Source of the DNA: Phoronis australis
Lineage: Eukaryota; Animalia; Phoronida
Direction: 5' to 3'
Length of the DNA stretch: 64,000 bases
Assembly (NCBI GenBank): GCA_002633005.1
Contig: NMRA01000112.1
Location: 322,629-386,628, forward strand
This document shows positions 10,227 through 23,704 of this stretch, in pieces. Numbering within the stretch: position 1 is the stretch's first letter; every line of letters begins with the position of its first letter. Under the pieces are notes generated by a model. That model did no database searches and was not told where the DNA came from. It was given only the letters and a program-made list of their open reading frames with translations. Made by a program: the position numbers and the translations under genes.

Positions 10227-12602
10227 TATTTCAGGCAGGTACGTCGTCTGATAATCATGGTCGGCTGTAGTCTCCTGCACAGACCCTCGAGGTTGGTTGG
10301 GGTCTGCTAGAGCGCACTTTTCCATATCCGGTTTCAAGAAACAAGGCATTCTATTGGTCAGTTGAATAATAGGTCAAACTAGTTCACCAACATGGCAACT
10401 TCCAATAAGGGAATGTCGATGGATTTACAGCTGTTTAAATCTCTCTGTTCTCGTCAAACTCCCGCATTTCAAAGCTAACGAGTCGAGGAATACATCACCA
10501 ATAACGTATACTAAACATTTAATAATAATTAGTATCTTGTATACTATGCTGTATTCTGAAGTGATGTGATTTTTTACGAAATAATTTGTGGAAGAGATAG
10601 TCATTAGCTGATTAGCAGGCCATCCACAACAACAGTCATTTTAGAGCCAGGCACACCATAGCACCGAATAGGAGGAAAGGAGTACCTGAGTGCGTCGTGG
10701 CCACGGGAGATTGCCTCGATCTTTTCAGAGCACACCCTCTCGTATGTTAACATGTTCATGTACGTTATGTAAGCTCCCGTTATTACCGTGAAGGTTGAAT
10801 TGGGTCAGATAAGGATATATGCTGAAATGCTGCTATTCATGACATTGTCATTGTAATGTATAATACACTGGCACACTTGTCACTACCCACAGTCAATGGT
10901 CCTAAACACACAAACATTAATCAGTCTAGCAATAGTTTTATAATGACTGACATCGCTTTTGGCAGTGCCTCTGACTGCCATCCTACAGTCTTACAGAGTA
11001 TTCAGTTATTTCGAAGGGTGTTTGCTGCTGTGAAATTAGGATTATAGACACTCTTTTGTATAGTCAGCAAGATAAAACCTCACCCTTTTTGAGTTGGCAC
11101 AGTGATTAAAACTGACCCATTTTGGTGAAAGCCTCAATGGAAGAGTCAACTTTTCTGATAACATAATTATGCAAAGTTATTATTTACAGGGAATTGAATT
11201 TCAGCAAAAAGCTCTCTGGGCTGAATTCTTTTTAAAACAACAAACCTCAGTTGCATCTGAAACCTTCCGTGGTTTTGGTGCTAAAATGGATTATTTTATA
11301 CAGTTCCAACCAAAAAGTAAATATTTTTGTGTGGAATTTATTTGGAAATTCACCCTTTCATGGTGACTTTTGCAATGCCCGAGTTACTGGTCAGAGTATC
11401 AAATTTGGTCATATGAAATCTATGCTAGTCTCCTCTCTCCAGGACCCCGACTCATCGACTGTTTCATTATTTCTTTCCACGTTCACATGATGTCAAGTGT
11501 TGTATAGTTCGCAACAATCATCTATTAATTTCAATATAATTACAAAACAAGATCTCAGAACCATACTTAAACATTCTGAAACTACTAAGGTTCGCTGTAA
11601 TCAAAGCATCCTGGAGTTAGACATTGTATGCAAGCGAACTTTAAAAACTTGGTTCGTTAAAATGACTACTAGTTGCAGAAACATATCACCTTTCAAAATT
11701 GGGAGCTCAGGGTACTTCAAAGATTTTAAGCTGGGTCACTAAACCCAAATTGACGGTTTCTTGTGCCTTACTTGGGTTGGATTGTTATCCAGGCAATAGT
11801 CACTCACTGGCAATCCAAATTTTGAGAACAAGTTTTAACGCCTGCTATTCAGTGAAAAACAGGTTCCTGTTATACAGTAGAAAACACTGGTTCTCAAAGT
11901 GGGGGTGCCCTGTATTGTACTATTACCATTATGTTTTGCTCAGTGTTTTGAGCAACATGCTGGTGTTTCATTCTTGTGGTTATGATCTACATAATACAGC
12001 AGTGATTTTAATCAACATTTCGGTCTTTTCGAACAGTTCTTCAAAATTACAAATTTGACTCTTACTGAGGGCCCTCCTCGTGGCAAGAGTTGGGCAGTGT
12101 GAAATGCTTCAAAACGTTCGCAGTGGCAAACACCCTCATGTTGACATCATTAATGTGTCCCTAAAAATAGTATACTCATAAGCTACAAAACACACTACAT
12201 GCCAAGAAATTTATGTAACCATCGGGAACTTTATTTTGCTGATGTATTGATTACAAATATGGTTTAGTTTAGCGATAGACTGAAGTACTAAGTCTGGGCA
12301 TTAACATAGCCGTGGGCGCACAAAAGGGCTATCCCCTCCTCATTGCAAACCCTTCCCCTGATAGAAACTCATTTCAGTTTTGTTCTTGCCTAGCTTCCCT
12401 GTCCCTGTCCCTAGTTCATGCAATTCCTCCAAGTTGCGTCACATTACAGTCATTGGTTGCCAACAATTTCAAGTTTAGCAAACTCTTGAATAATTCTGAC
12501 TACACCAGGGTTGCTACATGGGAATAGGTTACTAAAGACCCGACTGCTATTCAAGTTGCACATTCACTGCCTTGTGAAAGCATAAACCATTATGAAATTA
12601 AC

Positions 12603-12983
12603 ACCTGGGCCCTGGGTTTCAACTTTTTACTCAGAATTATTTTTGTTATTTTCTATTCTAGTTTTGTTTGAATTCGAGATAAGTTTCTTTTATTCTGTAC
12701 TTGAGTACTTATTGATGGCAATTAATGATCCCTGCATTACAGCTAAAAGTTTGAGTCTGAGTTCGAGGTTTTACTAAAAATCTTGAGTTTTTACTCAAAT
12801 TTTAGCTCGAATCTAGTGGTCATTAAGTACTATCTTGATCTTGCAAGGAAGTGGACTAGAAGTGACAAAAACAATTTCGAGTTCGATTTGGATTGAAAGT
12901 TTCACTCTAGAAGTGTATTCCCAAAACATGATCGCATAATCCCTTTTCAGGGTTTTAAATCAATCCATACAAGACTGGGCTAG
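12603..12983. mobile_element. MITE family copy (related to 39197-39607 and 45304-45460)
   Basis: Similar CCTGGGCCC..GGTTTC..TTTTACTC start, shared TTCGAGTT-rich interior and GAC(C/T)GGGC end. Confidence 0.5.
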
Positions 12984-13200
12984 AATCTGTTTAGCCCAAA
13001 AAGCATTTAAATGCTATGTGGAGAATAATAAAACATCTGTCTTAAACTGTGTTGAAAAATGAACCCTTTTGACATTCCTTATCCACAAATTGTACCATTT
13101 TCAAGCTGCTATTTTCCCAAACTCTTTTTAGAACCTTCATGTAACAATATAAGATTGGTCTGATACAAACAATGTTGTTTTTGGCCAAATTAATAGCAAA

Positions 13201-13287
13201 AATCACAAGCACTCACCTCACATGAAGATTGGCATTGGATTTGGATACTAGTGTCTGATGTCAATCTTCATGTGTGTGCTTGTGATT
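13201..13287. repeat. 87-bp hairpin
   Basis: AATCACAAGCAC..CACATGAAGATTGGCAT pairs with ATGTCAATCTTCATGTG..GTGCTTGTGATT. Confidence 0.8.
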
Positions 13288-15000
13288 AGACTCTTGATCT
13301 TGTACTGTTCCTTACTGAGATTACATGTGGTACATTAGCTTCTATTGAACGGATAGTTTCTTATTGCTTATGACCCGGTGAAATAACCATGGCTTTGAGC
13401 AATAACAAAGTTTGAATTCTTCCAAGTCCACTAAGGAACAAGTTGAGACAGGGATATATACAGGGCTTGGAATTTTCCTTTTTTGTTTTTATTTCCTTTT
13501 ATTCGATTTCCAGCTTCTTTTTATCATCATTTTTTGGCTTGATTCATGCAAAAACATTTATTTCAGTTTAATTTTACAACACAGAAATATTTCTATCACA
13601 CAAGCCTATTCGTGAAATGATAGATCACCTGGAAAATTTTCCTCTTATAGTCATTCCAATTCCCGTATATAGTGGTAAGTTGTTCAGATCAAAATTTATT
13701 CTTTTTCACATAAGACGCATTTATAGCAACTTTAATGGATTTAATTCGAAGGAATGTGGAAGCTAGAAGACACCATCTGATAAGCGTATTCTGAAATCAA
13801 CAATTGTGCTTGTACTTTCCAAGATGTTCAACACACATTGTTAGGTAGGTATAGGGATAGGGTTCATTCCACCATCCTTGAGCTTTCAGGGTAACCTCCT
13901 AAAACCATTCCAAGGGGGTACTCCCACAGGTTTATACAAGACACGACACTCAACTGGGTGATTTTTCTCAAACAATTTCTCTTCAAAATGGTGCTTGAAA
14001 AAATCCCTACCACAGCAAACTTTTTCCCATGAATACAACGGGTCTCACTCTGGAACTTAAAAACACTGCAAATGGTACCTTTTTCCTACTGCATATAGGG
14101 GTTTTAATACGATACCTGTAAAAACCTTGGACACCAGACTCATTTTTGACAACAGGAAATACTGAGCCGACTTCTTCAAGCTTAATGGGGAAAAAGACAC
14201 AGCTGTCCAAGAATTACTACGAAAGGATTCATTTGTTAGCATTAGCTCTTATAAAAAGATTGTGCATTTGTAACATTAGGCTACAATTTCATTGAACTCC
14301 AAACCTCGGATCAAATACCTAATGTTTTTTAGCCACTGTCTAAGTGGGTTGAGATTCTTCTAGTACCAGATTACGCATAAAACTAAAGCTTAGGGCGCAT
14401 TTGGGACACCTTTCTGGTATTTTCGTAGCTACAAATTTGTCCTCGGAACATCTAGGGCACCTCGGCTATTTTTTATTTACAAATTTTTCTTCGAAACACT
14501 TCGGTTATTTTCGTATCCTCAAATATCCTCTCGGAGATTAACGTTATCCAAAATATGGGAAGTCACGGGATTTTCAGTCTTTAGAATAATATGCTAACTG
14601 AACTCTGCACACGTGCACAGTGCGTTCACCTATTAGGTGAAATTTGAGGTTACGAAAACACCCAAGGTGTTCTGGGTGCCCTTGGAAGCAATTGTTTTCA
14701 GTGCATGCTCGAACTTTGGTCATTATGGCCAATTATTCTCCACTAAGTTTGAAAGTCAACACACGTTAAATTCACCAAGGTGATCTGAATTGCTTAGGAC
14801 CCTCAAGTTGTGCAGGATCCCACCTCAAAGAGGGAAATGGGAAGAAAATATTATGGCAACGAGGGGAGGGGTGTAGCTCGACAGTTGTTGCTACCTGGAG
14901 GGTCGAAAATTGTGGTGTTCTAGGGAGTGAGCACTGTGTAGGCCACGATTGCACGAAGTGCTGGAAATTGAGCTCCAGTTGTGTCTATTGTAACACTGTA

Positions 15001-15158
15001 CAGTAACAGATTTAGGGTGGGGGGGCAAGAGGGCCATCGTCAGCCTAAAGTTCTCCCAGATTCTATTTGGAAGTTTGGGGGTGCGAATGTCTGACGAGCA
15101 AAATACTCTGCCCCTGCCCCCCTCCCCCAACTCAAAATCCTCGATCCGCCCCCGCCGG
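15001..15158. mobile_element. G/C-tract MITE with 5-bp TSD CTGTA
   Basis: CTGTA at 14996-15000 and 15159-15163; homologous to 17565, 25146 and 26607. Confidence 0.8.
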
Positions 15159-15328
15159 CTGTAAGAGACCTAAACAATTCATAAAAAGCTTTCAAATAAT
15201 GAAACTGAAAAATGCCAAGTGAAAAGGGTGAAGCCATTGTCAATTCAGGTTTATTTACATAATAAGGAATCGATAATTACAGTGAATTTCAGCTCAGTTT
15301 TTTGATAATATAACAATATAAACAGCTA

Positions 15329-15530
15329 ACTCACCAGAGACTTCGACCGCAAACGCAACCCAAAAATAACTTTTTACTCTCGCGACACCTAGCGACCTCA
15401 TAACGTATTACCGGATATAAGCATGCGCACATCAACTTCCTGGTTAAAAATTGCCTGCTAACAGCCAATGAAAACCATCGTTCTAGTGCCCTGTACCTGG
15501 GCCTTCACAAGCCATCCGTGACGTCAGCTT
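15329..15530 (-). promoter_or_regulatory. Candidate promoter and non-coding first exon of TRIM copy 1
   Basis: CpG-rich patch with a minus-strand donor TG|GTGAGT (15334-15329). Upstream are NRF1-like GCATGCGCA (15421-15429), ETS-like ACTTCCTG, a CCAAT box (~15465) and CRE TGACGTCA (15519-15526). Confidence 0.45.
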
Positions 15531-15805
15531 GTGAGGCCCGGGAACCAGGTTAACTGGGACAGATAATTTAGGAGAGTGGTGTCTCGTCTAGGATATTACG
15601 CAAGAAAATATCGGAATCAGATTGCGAATCAGTTGTCTATAGTCTATGGTGCGACTTACATCAACATGTAGATCCAACGACCGGCGGGGTCGCATTCAAA
15701 ACCTGGAGTCAACCGACGCTCACCTTGCCCGTTGCAGACATTTAAGTAAAAAACAATTTTACAATAGCCATTTTCTTGCTTAGTTCTCTGCCTTTTGTAA
15801 CAAGA

Positions 15806-16560
15806 AGTTGACATTGCGTGAGTTAAATGGCTGGTCTTTCGAGTCCTACCTGGGTATTAAATCTTAGAAATGTGTCAATAATTAACAACAGAAACGTAGA
15901 AAAATACATTAGAGATCAAGTCAAAGTACCAAATAGTTGTTTGACGAAAGAGTATAACTTTTTTCGGAAAACTAGTTTCGAAACATGAAAATAAATATGG
16001 CCAAGTTGCGGCAATCGTGTCACGAATTAGGTATATGCTGAATGCAGGGTTACGTTTCTTCCTGTGAACTCGATAAAAAGGCTTTCTATACGAACCAGGT
16101 CATCGTAGTTTTGACGAGTTGAAGATATGTTTGACAGTGGTGGTGCCTCGTCACATTTTGCTGTCATGTGCAAGACACATCTGGTTTAATTTGTTAATCA
16201 AGAATATTAATATTTAGCATACCCTAGGTCCTGGTAGTGAGTTAGGGACTATCGGGACTAACAGTGGATTTGTCATTTATCTGCATCATTGACTGATGTT
16301 ATTAAAATTATTTTATTGAAATAAAAAATCAGGTTGGTAATTGAAAATTATTTGACCATCAATTCTGCTTTCTTAGTTTTAATAATTCTTACATCTGTAT
16401 CACGTGTTAGGTTTCAAATATCGATTTGGACCAAGTTGAACTTCACACCTAGTTATCATGTTCCTTCAGGGGCCTCGTTCTTCCGAGGGGGGAAGGTGCC
16501 TGTGCCTTCTGAGAGGGGAATATTTTCACCGAGTTACTTCAGCCTAGTTGCTTTCAATTG
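15806..16560 (+). mobile_element. Partial (left-half) copy of the ~1.6-1.8-kb TIR element family
   Basis: Colinear with about 42970-43980 and 59985-60700 (GTTGACATTGCGTGAGTTAAATGG..TCTGGTTTAATTTGTTAATCAAG..). Confidence 0.8.
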
Positions 16561-16699
16561 TAAGTTGACGTCAGAGATCACTTTTATTTGAATTTGTGGC
16601 GAACAATATTGCAAAACTACCTTACATTTCTTTGAATTTGTTGTTTGCTCATGCGTTTTTCAAAGCACTTCGGCTATGGCCCTAACCGCGTAATAATAT

Positions 16700-18010
16700 T
16701 TGTGGACGCTTTTGTAGTTCATTCAGTTCGTTATAAAAATTATTTCTCAACATATCTCTGAGAACCTCTCGTCACAAAACCTCATCTATCATTGCCAAGT
16801 TGGATTCATGCCTGGTAACAGCACTGTGACGCAACTTACAGAAATTGTACAAGAAATCCAACTCCAATTTGAGCAAGGGTAAAACGTGAAATCCGTATTT
16901 TTAGACATTGCGTCAGCTTTTGATGTCCTTCCCATGATTTTCGTCTACATATGAATTACAATCTTATGGTTTCTCAAGCACTCTCCTCCTACTTTTTTAA
17001 AAAATCATGTCTGAAATGTCGAACTTACAAAGTTCGGATTACGGGTGTCTTCTAACCCTCGTCAACACCAAGTTTCGTAAATGCTGGAGTACCACAGGGT
17101 AGCTTACAAGGCCCTTTACTTTTTACTGTACACCAATGATCACCCAGACACAACAAACTCTAGAACATTCTTATATGCTGATGACACTGCAATTTTCTAC
17201 TCATTCTCATAAAAGCACCCGTACAACTCCTTGCAATTACAAACTGACCCAAACAAACTCTATGATTGATCTCACAAATGGAAGACGAAAATTAAACCTG
17301 AAAAAGTGTTGGTGTTATATTTTCTAATAACACTCATTTCTGGAAACAAATCCAATGCTAGATCTATGACTCAATGGGGAAGTTATTACCAAAAAGCACA
17401 CACATAAACACCTCAGCTTACTATTAGACCATAAGATTACATTTGCTCCTCACAGTCGCGAACACGTTCATAAAGTACAAAAATTAATCAGTCCAATTAG
17501 AATCGTCTCGCGTCATCTCAACTCCATGCGTTTTAAAATTCTGTTCAATTTTTTTTGTACTTTCCAGGGGCGGATCCAGGATTTTGAGTTGGGGGGGGGG
17601 GCAGGGCAGAGTATTAGCCAGGATTTTGGCCGTCAGACATTCGCACCCCCCCAACTGCCAAATGGAATTTAGAATTTTAGGGGGAGCCATGGCCCCCTTG
17701 CCCCCCCTCTAAATCCGCCAGTGCTTCCACATCTAGATTACTGTGACATAATCTACCAAATAGCAAACGCAGGTATACTTCAGCTTTAGCCATAACAGGT
17801 CTGGATCACACATGTACAAATGATTCATTACAATCAAGGTTCTAAATAGTCTCAACTGGAACAAACTAGCAACCTGTCATGAACTTCACCTGTCCATGTA
17901 TACATTCAAAGTGTTAAAGAATATGAACAAGTGTTCAAACAAAATCCTCTTCGAGTCCTACAAAAGACTAGTTAACACAACACCAGCGCTTATACCACGT
18001 GCCTCTGTAT
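16700..18010 (+). mobile_element. Decayed CR1/L2-group LINE reverse transcriptase, interrupted by a MITE
   Basis: Motifs QVGFMPGNSTVTQL, VFLDIASAFD, AGVPQGSLQGPLLFLLY, LYADDTA and FVLPHLDYCDIIY, with stops and frameshifts. Confidence 0.88.
17565..17723. mobile_element. G/C-tract MITE inserted in the LINE, TSD CTTTC/CTTCC
   Basis: TIRs CAGGGGCGGAT / ATCCGCCAGTG. Removing it with one TSD copy restores the RT motif FVLPHLDYC. Confidence 0.85.
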
Positions 18011-19767
18011 CAACTGGGTTCACTTTAGTTGAAACCTGACGCCACTGTCCTGATTCAGTCTTTTACTGGATTTGTCCAACTCGTTGCGCCACTAATGGTT
18101 TGAACTGCTTTTCTGTCTGTAAATCCAACACAACACGCCCATGCCGTAGATTTGGAGATGTCGTTTTTTCAGTGAAATGACCTTGGTCTTGATTTTTGAC
18201 GAATCGACTCTCCTAATTGCAAAAAGAAACAAGCAAAAGACAACCGACTCGTTGGTCATACAGGTCAGCGCTTGCTCTATGTTCAGATCAAGTCGAGCTT
18301 GTGTAGAGTGGGTCGAGGGGTTGTGGGTTATGGGGTGTGGGGGCCGAAGGGGTTTTAGAACAATCTGTTTTTAAGAGCTATATACTCCTTCACTAACATG
18401 AAAACTCAACTTACTCCCCTATTACTCGCAACTTACTTTTTTCCTGCATCCGTTGTTCCAGTCGTGGCTGGTGTGGTGATTGCTGCAGTAGTTTCTGGCT
18501 GTACAGTCTACTGGCTGTACACGAAGAGAACTACCATAGCAAGTAATATTGGACTGAAACACCAACTGATATTTCCAGTTTTTGTTCAAGGTACTTTCAT
18601 CGATTTAGGACACAAAATGATTATTGTCGATTGCGTACCTTTGTTGCGTCTTTGTTGGATATAACAATACAGATCGCCTGAATATTGTACATTGGGCGCA
18701 CATCAGCCGGTTACCGATAATTGCTTTTCATTGTCTTTATTATAAGAAGAAAACAACGAATGCACAAATCTACAGATCTCTGTGCGATCAGCTTGCGACC
18801 TTCCCATGAGAGCATATTCAGTCTTTTTTTGCGGGGATCGTGTCAATCGTGTTTAGGAATGACTGCAATGCTCGAAGTGTCAAAAATTGTAACAGGGAAC
18901 TGGAAGTTGTGTATATGTAATATCCATATGAAACAGTGCTCTGTCAAGAGGGACTAGATAAATCCGTTATAAAGGCATCTTGGTCTTAATTCGGTTGTCA
19001 GGTTGGACTGAGGCAGCCATTTGTGTTTTTTCTTGCATAGCCATAGGTCAAGGGTCTTTTGATCGATCTTTCTTAAGCGTGTATTTAAGTGTATGAGTCG
19101 ATCTCGCCAATGACTATGTCACTGTGCATTTCGTTTTACTAATGTCCTTTTATTGATTGGCTATTCCTGGCTTCATTGATCCTTTTCCCTTTTTGTAGGC
19201 CGCAATTTTTACCTATCTAACATAAGTTTACACAAGTAACTCGAGATCTATTGTTTACGGTGGAGATCCCACGCAACGTGGCGCCTAGACGACCAATTAC
19301 GCTTTACAGGACCATAGCTCTGTCAATACATGTACAGCTGTATAACGGCAAATGGACTAAACGGAAAGCTGATTTTTGTGATGGAAGGTGTGTTTATAGG
19401 CCTGTTCACGTGGCTTTTGAGGAAATTTTGCGCAATATTTTGCGTAATCGGGATTGTAAAAATATCGCACAAACGCAAACATACCACAATCCCGGTTACA
19501 CCAAATTTTGCAGACAAGGCTACGGACACCGTGCCGAGACAGTTGTTTACACAAGCTTGATGATAAATTACTCATCGCATACTTGACACAAATCGGAAAA
19601 TTGACAACACGTTTATCGCTTTGCGCGCATGGCACAAGAATTTCCACCTTATTTCCAAAAAGTCTCGAAATCACTGTTGTCTCGCTATATAAATTTGGTT
19701 TATCTGAAAATGTGGTCTGTCGTAGTTACTCATCGGCTTGTGGCGGGAGGCCGTTAGTGAATGGCCA

Positions 19768-19836
19768 CATGGGCGGGGCACCATAGGGGGCTTGGGGAGC
19801 TATAGCCCCCATTTTTTCAATGCTGCGCCGCCCATG
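19768..19836. mobile_element. 69-bp MITE with 5-bp TSD GGCCA
   Basis: TIR CATGGGCGG / CCGCCCATG; GGCCA at 19763-19767 and 19837-19841. Confidence 0.8.
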
Positions 19837-21249
19837 GGCCAGCCGTCTGAGAGGAAGAAAAATGGACGAGCTTTCGGTAGAATCAGGAACGAGCTTGAGA
19901 TAACTAGACAAAATTCAGTTCTGTTCAATCCGTTGATGAGTCACAAGACCTTGTAAATAGTTGCATTCGTGTCAGGGGCGTATTCTTTTCCTTCCAGTTG
20001 CTGTGGTGTGTGATCATAATCCCATTTGTTTGTCTTGTGATCGGCGTTAGGGGCACGCCCGGGAGAGCTCACAAGGTAGCTTGCTGAGTGGATGCAGGTA
20101 CTGGAAGCCGGGCCTGAATCCGGAGGGGGGGGGGGTCACTTACAGACCCACGTACATGTATACCGCAAAATTGTTGAGAGACCTCTATTGCGGTTCCATG
20201 TCTACTTATTCCCGTCCCCTTTCGCGGGGGTAGATTTTTCGGGGTCGATCATCTTTGTTTTCACTAGGGGAACTTGTCAAGTGAAAATTTACTACCGCTA
20301 CCTGTGACGCGCATTGTCGTAGATAATATGCCGAAACACTTACCTTGACTCGACCCAAGTTAAAAAAATAACCATGTACCTACCCAGAGAGGCGCTGGAG
20401 AGCTGAAAGAATACTGAAATTCATACTTTGTAATTCTGTCGATATAAAATTTAAAGTAATTCGTTTAGTCACTATTTATTCAAGCAGCCAATTTCTCATA
20501 AGATTCATCAGTTGCAACAAAATGCCAAAACCAAAGACGTTCACACACCGTTGTGCCCTGTCAGTGATTAAAAGTCACAGATTTGAGAGTGTAAAGTAGT
20601 GTAAAAGTATAAAAATAAAATGATTTCCACCACAAAGAGACCCAAATGTAATTAGATAAAAATCACAACTGATTTTGTTGTTTTATAGCTCTTGTCAATT
20701 TGATAACTTCAAAAAGAGGATGGATACTTTTGAGCGTTCAGTAACACTAGTGCCTCGATAGAAAAGCGAGGTATCACAAGACTTCGATCGCAAGATCACG
20801 CGAGCAAAACGCAAGAACATACATGTACTAGCCTGTACTATCCAAAATAGCAGCCACTGATTGGTTGGTGTTGAATCATTGGGTTGAAATAACGAATTTT
20901 GAGATTGAATTCACCTGTTTCCGTTGCATAAGAGAAGGCTTCTTGTCGCGACTGAGTGCAAGCCAGTGTATTGCCGTCTGTTCACCACTGCCCTTGCTGG
21001 TGTTGGTAAGGTTTGCGAAGTAAGTGAGGTTCACAAGTCAGGTCACTGACAGTCAAGGGTCTGTGCTGTGCACTCTAGCGACCGAACTATGTGGAGTGAT
21101 CTACTTTTACTCGGGCCCTTTTCGCAGGCTTTGAGGTTCAATATGAGTAAGATAAGACGCGCTAGTGATAGCTTACGTAATAAATGTGCTAGAGTGCGTT
21201 CCGTAGACCAAGTTTCTTGCTAGAAAATCGATGTAGCACAAGACCATGC

Positions 21250-21335
21250 AACGTCACGCGAGCGGAGGGCGAGGATTTCGCGAGCGTGCTCGGGATTTTA
21301 TTAGTAGTGCGCCTTTAGTAAAATGGCGGCCACTG
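21250..21335 (+). promoter_or_regulatory. CpG-rich promoter-like patch
   Basis: TTTCGCGAG (21276-21284) and YY1-like AAAATGGCGGC (21320-21330). It could also be transposon-borne. Confidence 0.3.
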
Positions 21336-23090
21336 ATGTGATTAGACGATATGGTTGCGATGTTGACATATAGGGCAGAATTCACTGTTTGCTCCATAAT
21401 GAAGATTTATCTCCGCAACTTTAGCAACGTCGCCTTTCACCTATGTCATTCCGTTGCTTTTATTTTGTTCTTATAATATGATACTCCTTCCAGAAATATG
21501 TGTCTGAACGACGAAAACTGATTGAAAACAGCGTCAAGACATCAGTCCATGTTGACCACGACGAACAAAACATAGACTCCAGAAACATTCGGAAGAGGAA
21601 ACGGAACTGATAGACCAAGACAATTATGTGCACGAGCACGTGGAACTGGGCATTGTTGGCTCTACAGCGCAAGTGCGAGTTAGGGTAGTTGCTGATCGAC
21701 TGGTTCCCAGTATACACGTGGCAGCAAGCGCCCCAAAAAGTCCACAGTTACCGTTACAAAGGTGACTGAGATTGACATGAATGCTCTTCCGGAGACACGT
21801 GCTTTATTCTATAAAATACAAAATTCCCCAGGCATTGCTCGACGAATGGTGAACAATGCAACGTCTGTGTCAAACAATGAACAAACAGTAGACGGTCGCG
21901 ATGTTTATAGAATATACAACGTCCTTTCACGAATACAAGAGGAGGCTGAACAGTTGACTTATTTAAGTGCGTCCCTCTAAGGTCGTAGTACCAGGAACAA
22001 TGAACGGAGAAATGTTTTCGAATGCAAATTTGGAACTGCCTAAATGGACGGAAGTGTCGGGTTCGGTAGTTGGTTCCGATGATGATGACCACGGCAGTTC
22101 TACGTCTAATGCCGGTAGCTTATTGTATTAGATAACTATCTTGGTGTTAGTTCTTAGCCGTGCACGTATGTGAGTATTATTTGTTACTATAGAGACCCGT
22201 TTATTCCTCGTGCACTACCCTCTCCCTTGACGGACTTAATTGGACCAACAGGCCACCAGACAAAAACAAAACAAATCTCCGAGAGCTCATGGGACAGAGT
22301 AATGGGTCGAAATCACGAACGGAAGTTTTCTACAATCACGCATGCGTGACAAGCGCTTCCATTCACGGGAGGGCATTCTCAGTTGATCGAATTATGACTT
22401 TGGCAAAACTTGCCTCGTGAACACTTACGGCCAACAACATACATGTACGCCAAAGCTCACTTCTTTACAGTACCTGATATTTCAATTGTTTTTCATGTTA
22501 TTTAGATCAATAAGATGTCTTAAAAATGCAAAGTTATTCAGTACACATAAAGTAATTACGAAACATGGTTACAGAATAGCGATTGGTTATGTTTTCTTTG
22601 TTACTTCAGGGGTTCTATTTTTACAATTCATATTTAAGAAATGAGAATTTGTGCTAAGTTCATCATGTTATATACCCGTTATTACTTCAATAAATTATTA
22701 AAGTGAAATAATAATAGTAGTCAACTGTTTTATATCAACGACATCTTAAATGAGAACTACAGCATGTATCTCACTACCTTAGGCATGGAAATATGAATTA
22801 AAGTGCAGTATTTTACGAAAAAGCTTATTCATCGACTTTGTATCCTGGACAATTTGAAGTTTTGAAAACGTTTCTGTAATAAAAGATTTACCGTCTCTCA
22901 ACGCGTATTTTCTGTGGGTTATTTTTCACTTATACGAAACGCGATTTTGACAATTTCAACCAAAACTTGCTCTGTAACCTGCTCGTGATTAATTAGAATC
23001 ACCCTGATAGATTGCGCGTCCTCACTGCATCGCAAACACGGGCCACGTGGCTAGATGTGGTTAGTCTTTACCCCAAACCTAAATCGTTAC

Positions 23091-23190
23091 CAGCGCTGTA
23101 GTGGTAAAATTAGAAGTAAGTAGGCGCCCAAAGCCCACCGTATCACCATGAGGACTTAACGTAACTTACGGTGAGCAGGCGCTACGTTCC
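23091..23190 (+). mobile_element. Truncated copy of the hAT MITE at 27439-27596
   Basis: Near-identical CAG(C/T)GCTGTAGTGG..GTAAGTAGGCGCCCAAAGC..GGCGCTACGTTC. Confidence 0.75.
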
Positions 23191-23704
23191 CTGCGTGACC
23201 GCTGGGGGTAGAGGACACGTAGGTATTGTTTAATTAAAGAGATTGGGAGGGTCTACCTGACTTCGTGAAGACTGACAGGGACAGGGTGGCCTACTACCTA
23301 CAATTAGTTTCAACCCCGACGTGCGCGTCGTACCTCGGGTGACTGAGGTTGATGCGCAGCGGCCTCAAAGTTTTCAGTTACTCTGCAATTCAATCTTAAT
23401 TGACTAGGATTTGATGAATGAATCGTGGTTGAATATTCCAACTTCATATTCTTTTAATGCAAATGCGTTCTTGTTTTCCGTGAAAAGACATGCGGGCAAT
23501 TTCGCAATGCCATGCACATTGAAAATGAATCTAGACGGTGACCACCGTACTGGCCAGCTAGACGGTGGTCACTGTGTACATGAAATCCAAACAAAGGCGT
23601 TATTTTCGATGTAGGTGGATCTAATAACCGAAGTATCGTTTATTTTTGCTTTTAAAAGTATATAAGCTATTCCTGATTCTGAAAGCTTAGGTATTTTTGG
23701 AGCA

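Noticed and set aside
20773-20820. Short similarity (GACTTCGA(T/C)CGCAA) to the candidate TRIM first exon at about 15339
   Set aside because: The match is only about 14 bp and lacks the splice donor, which is too little to claim a paralogous promoter.
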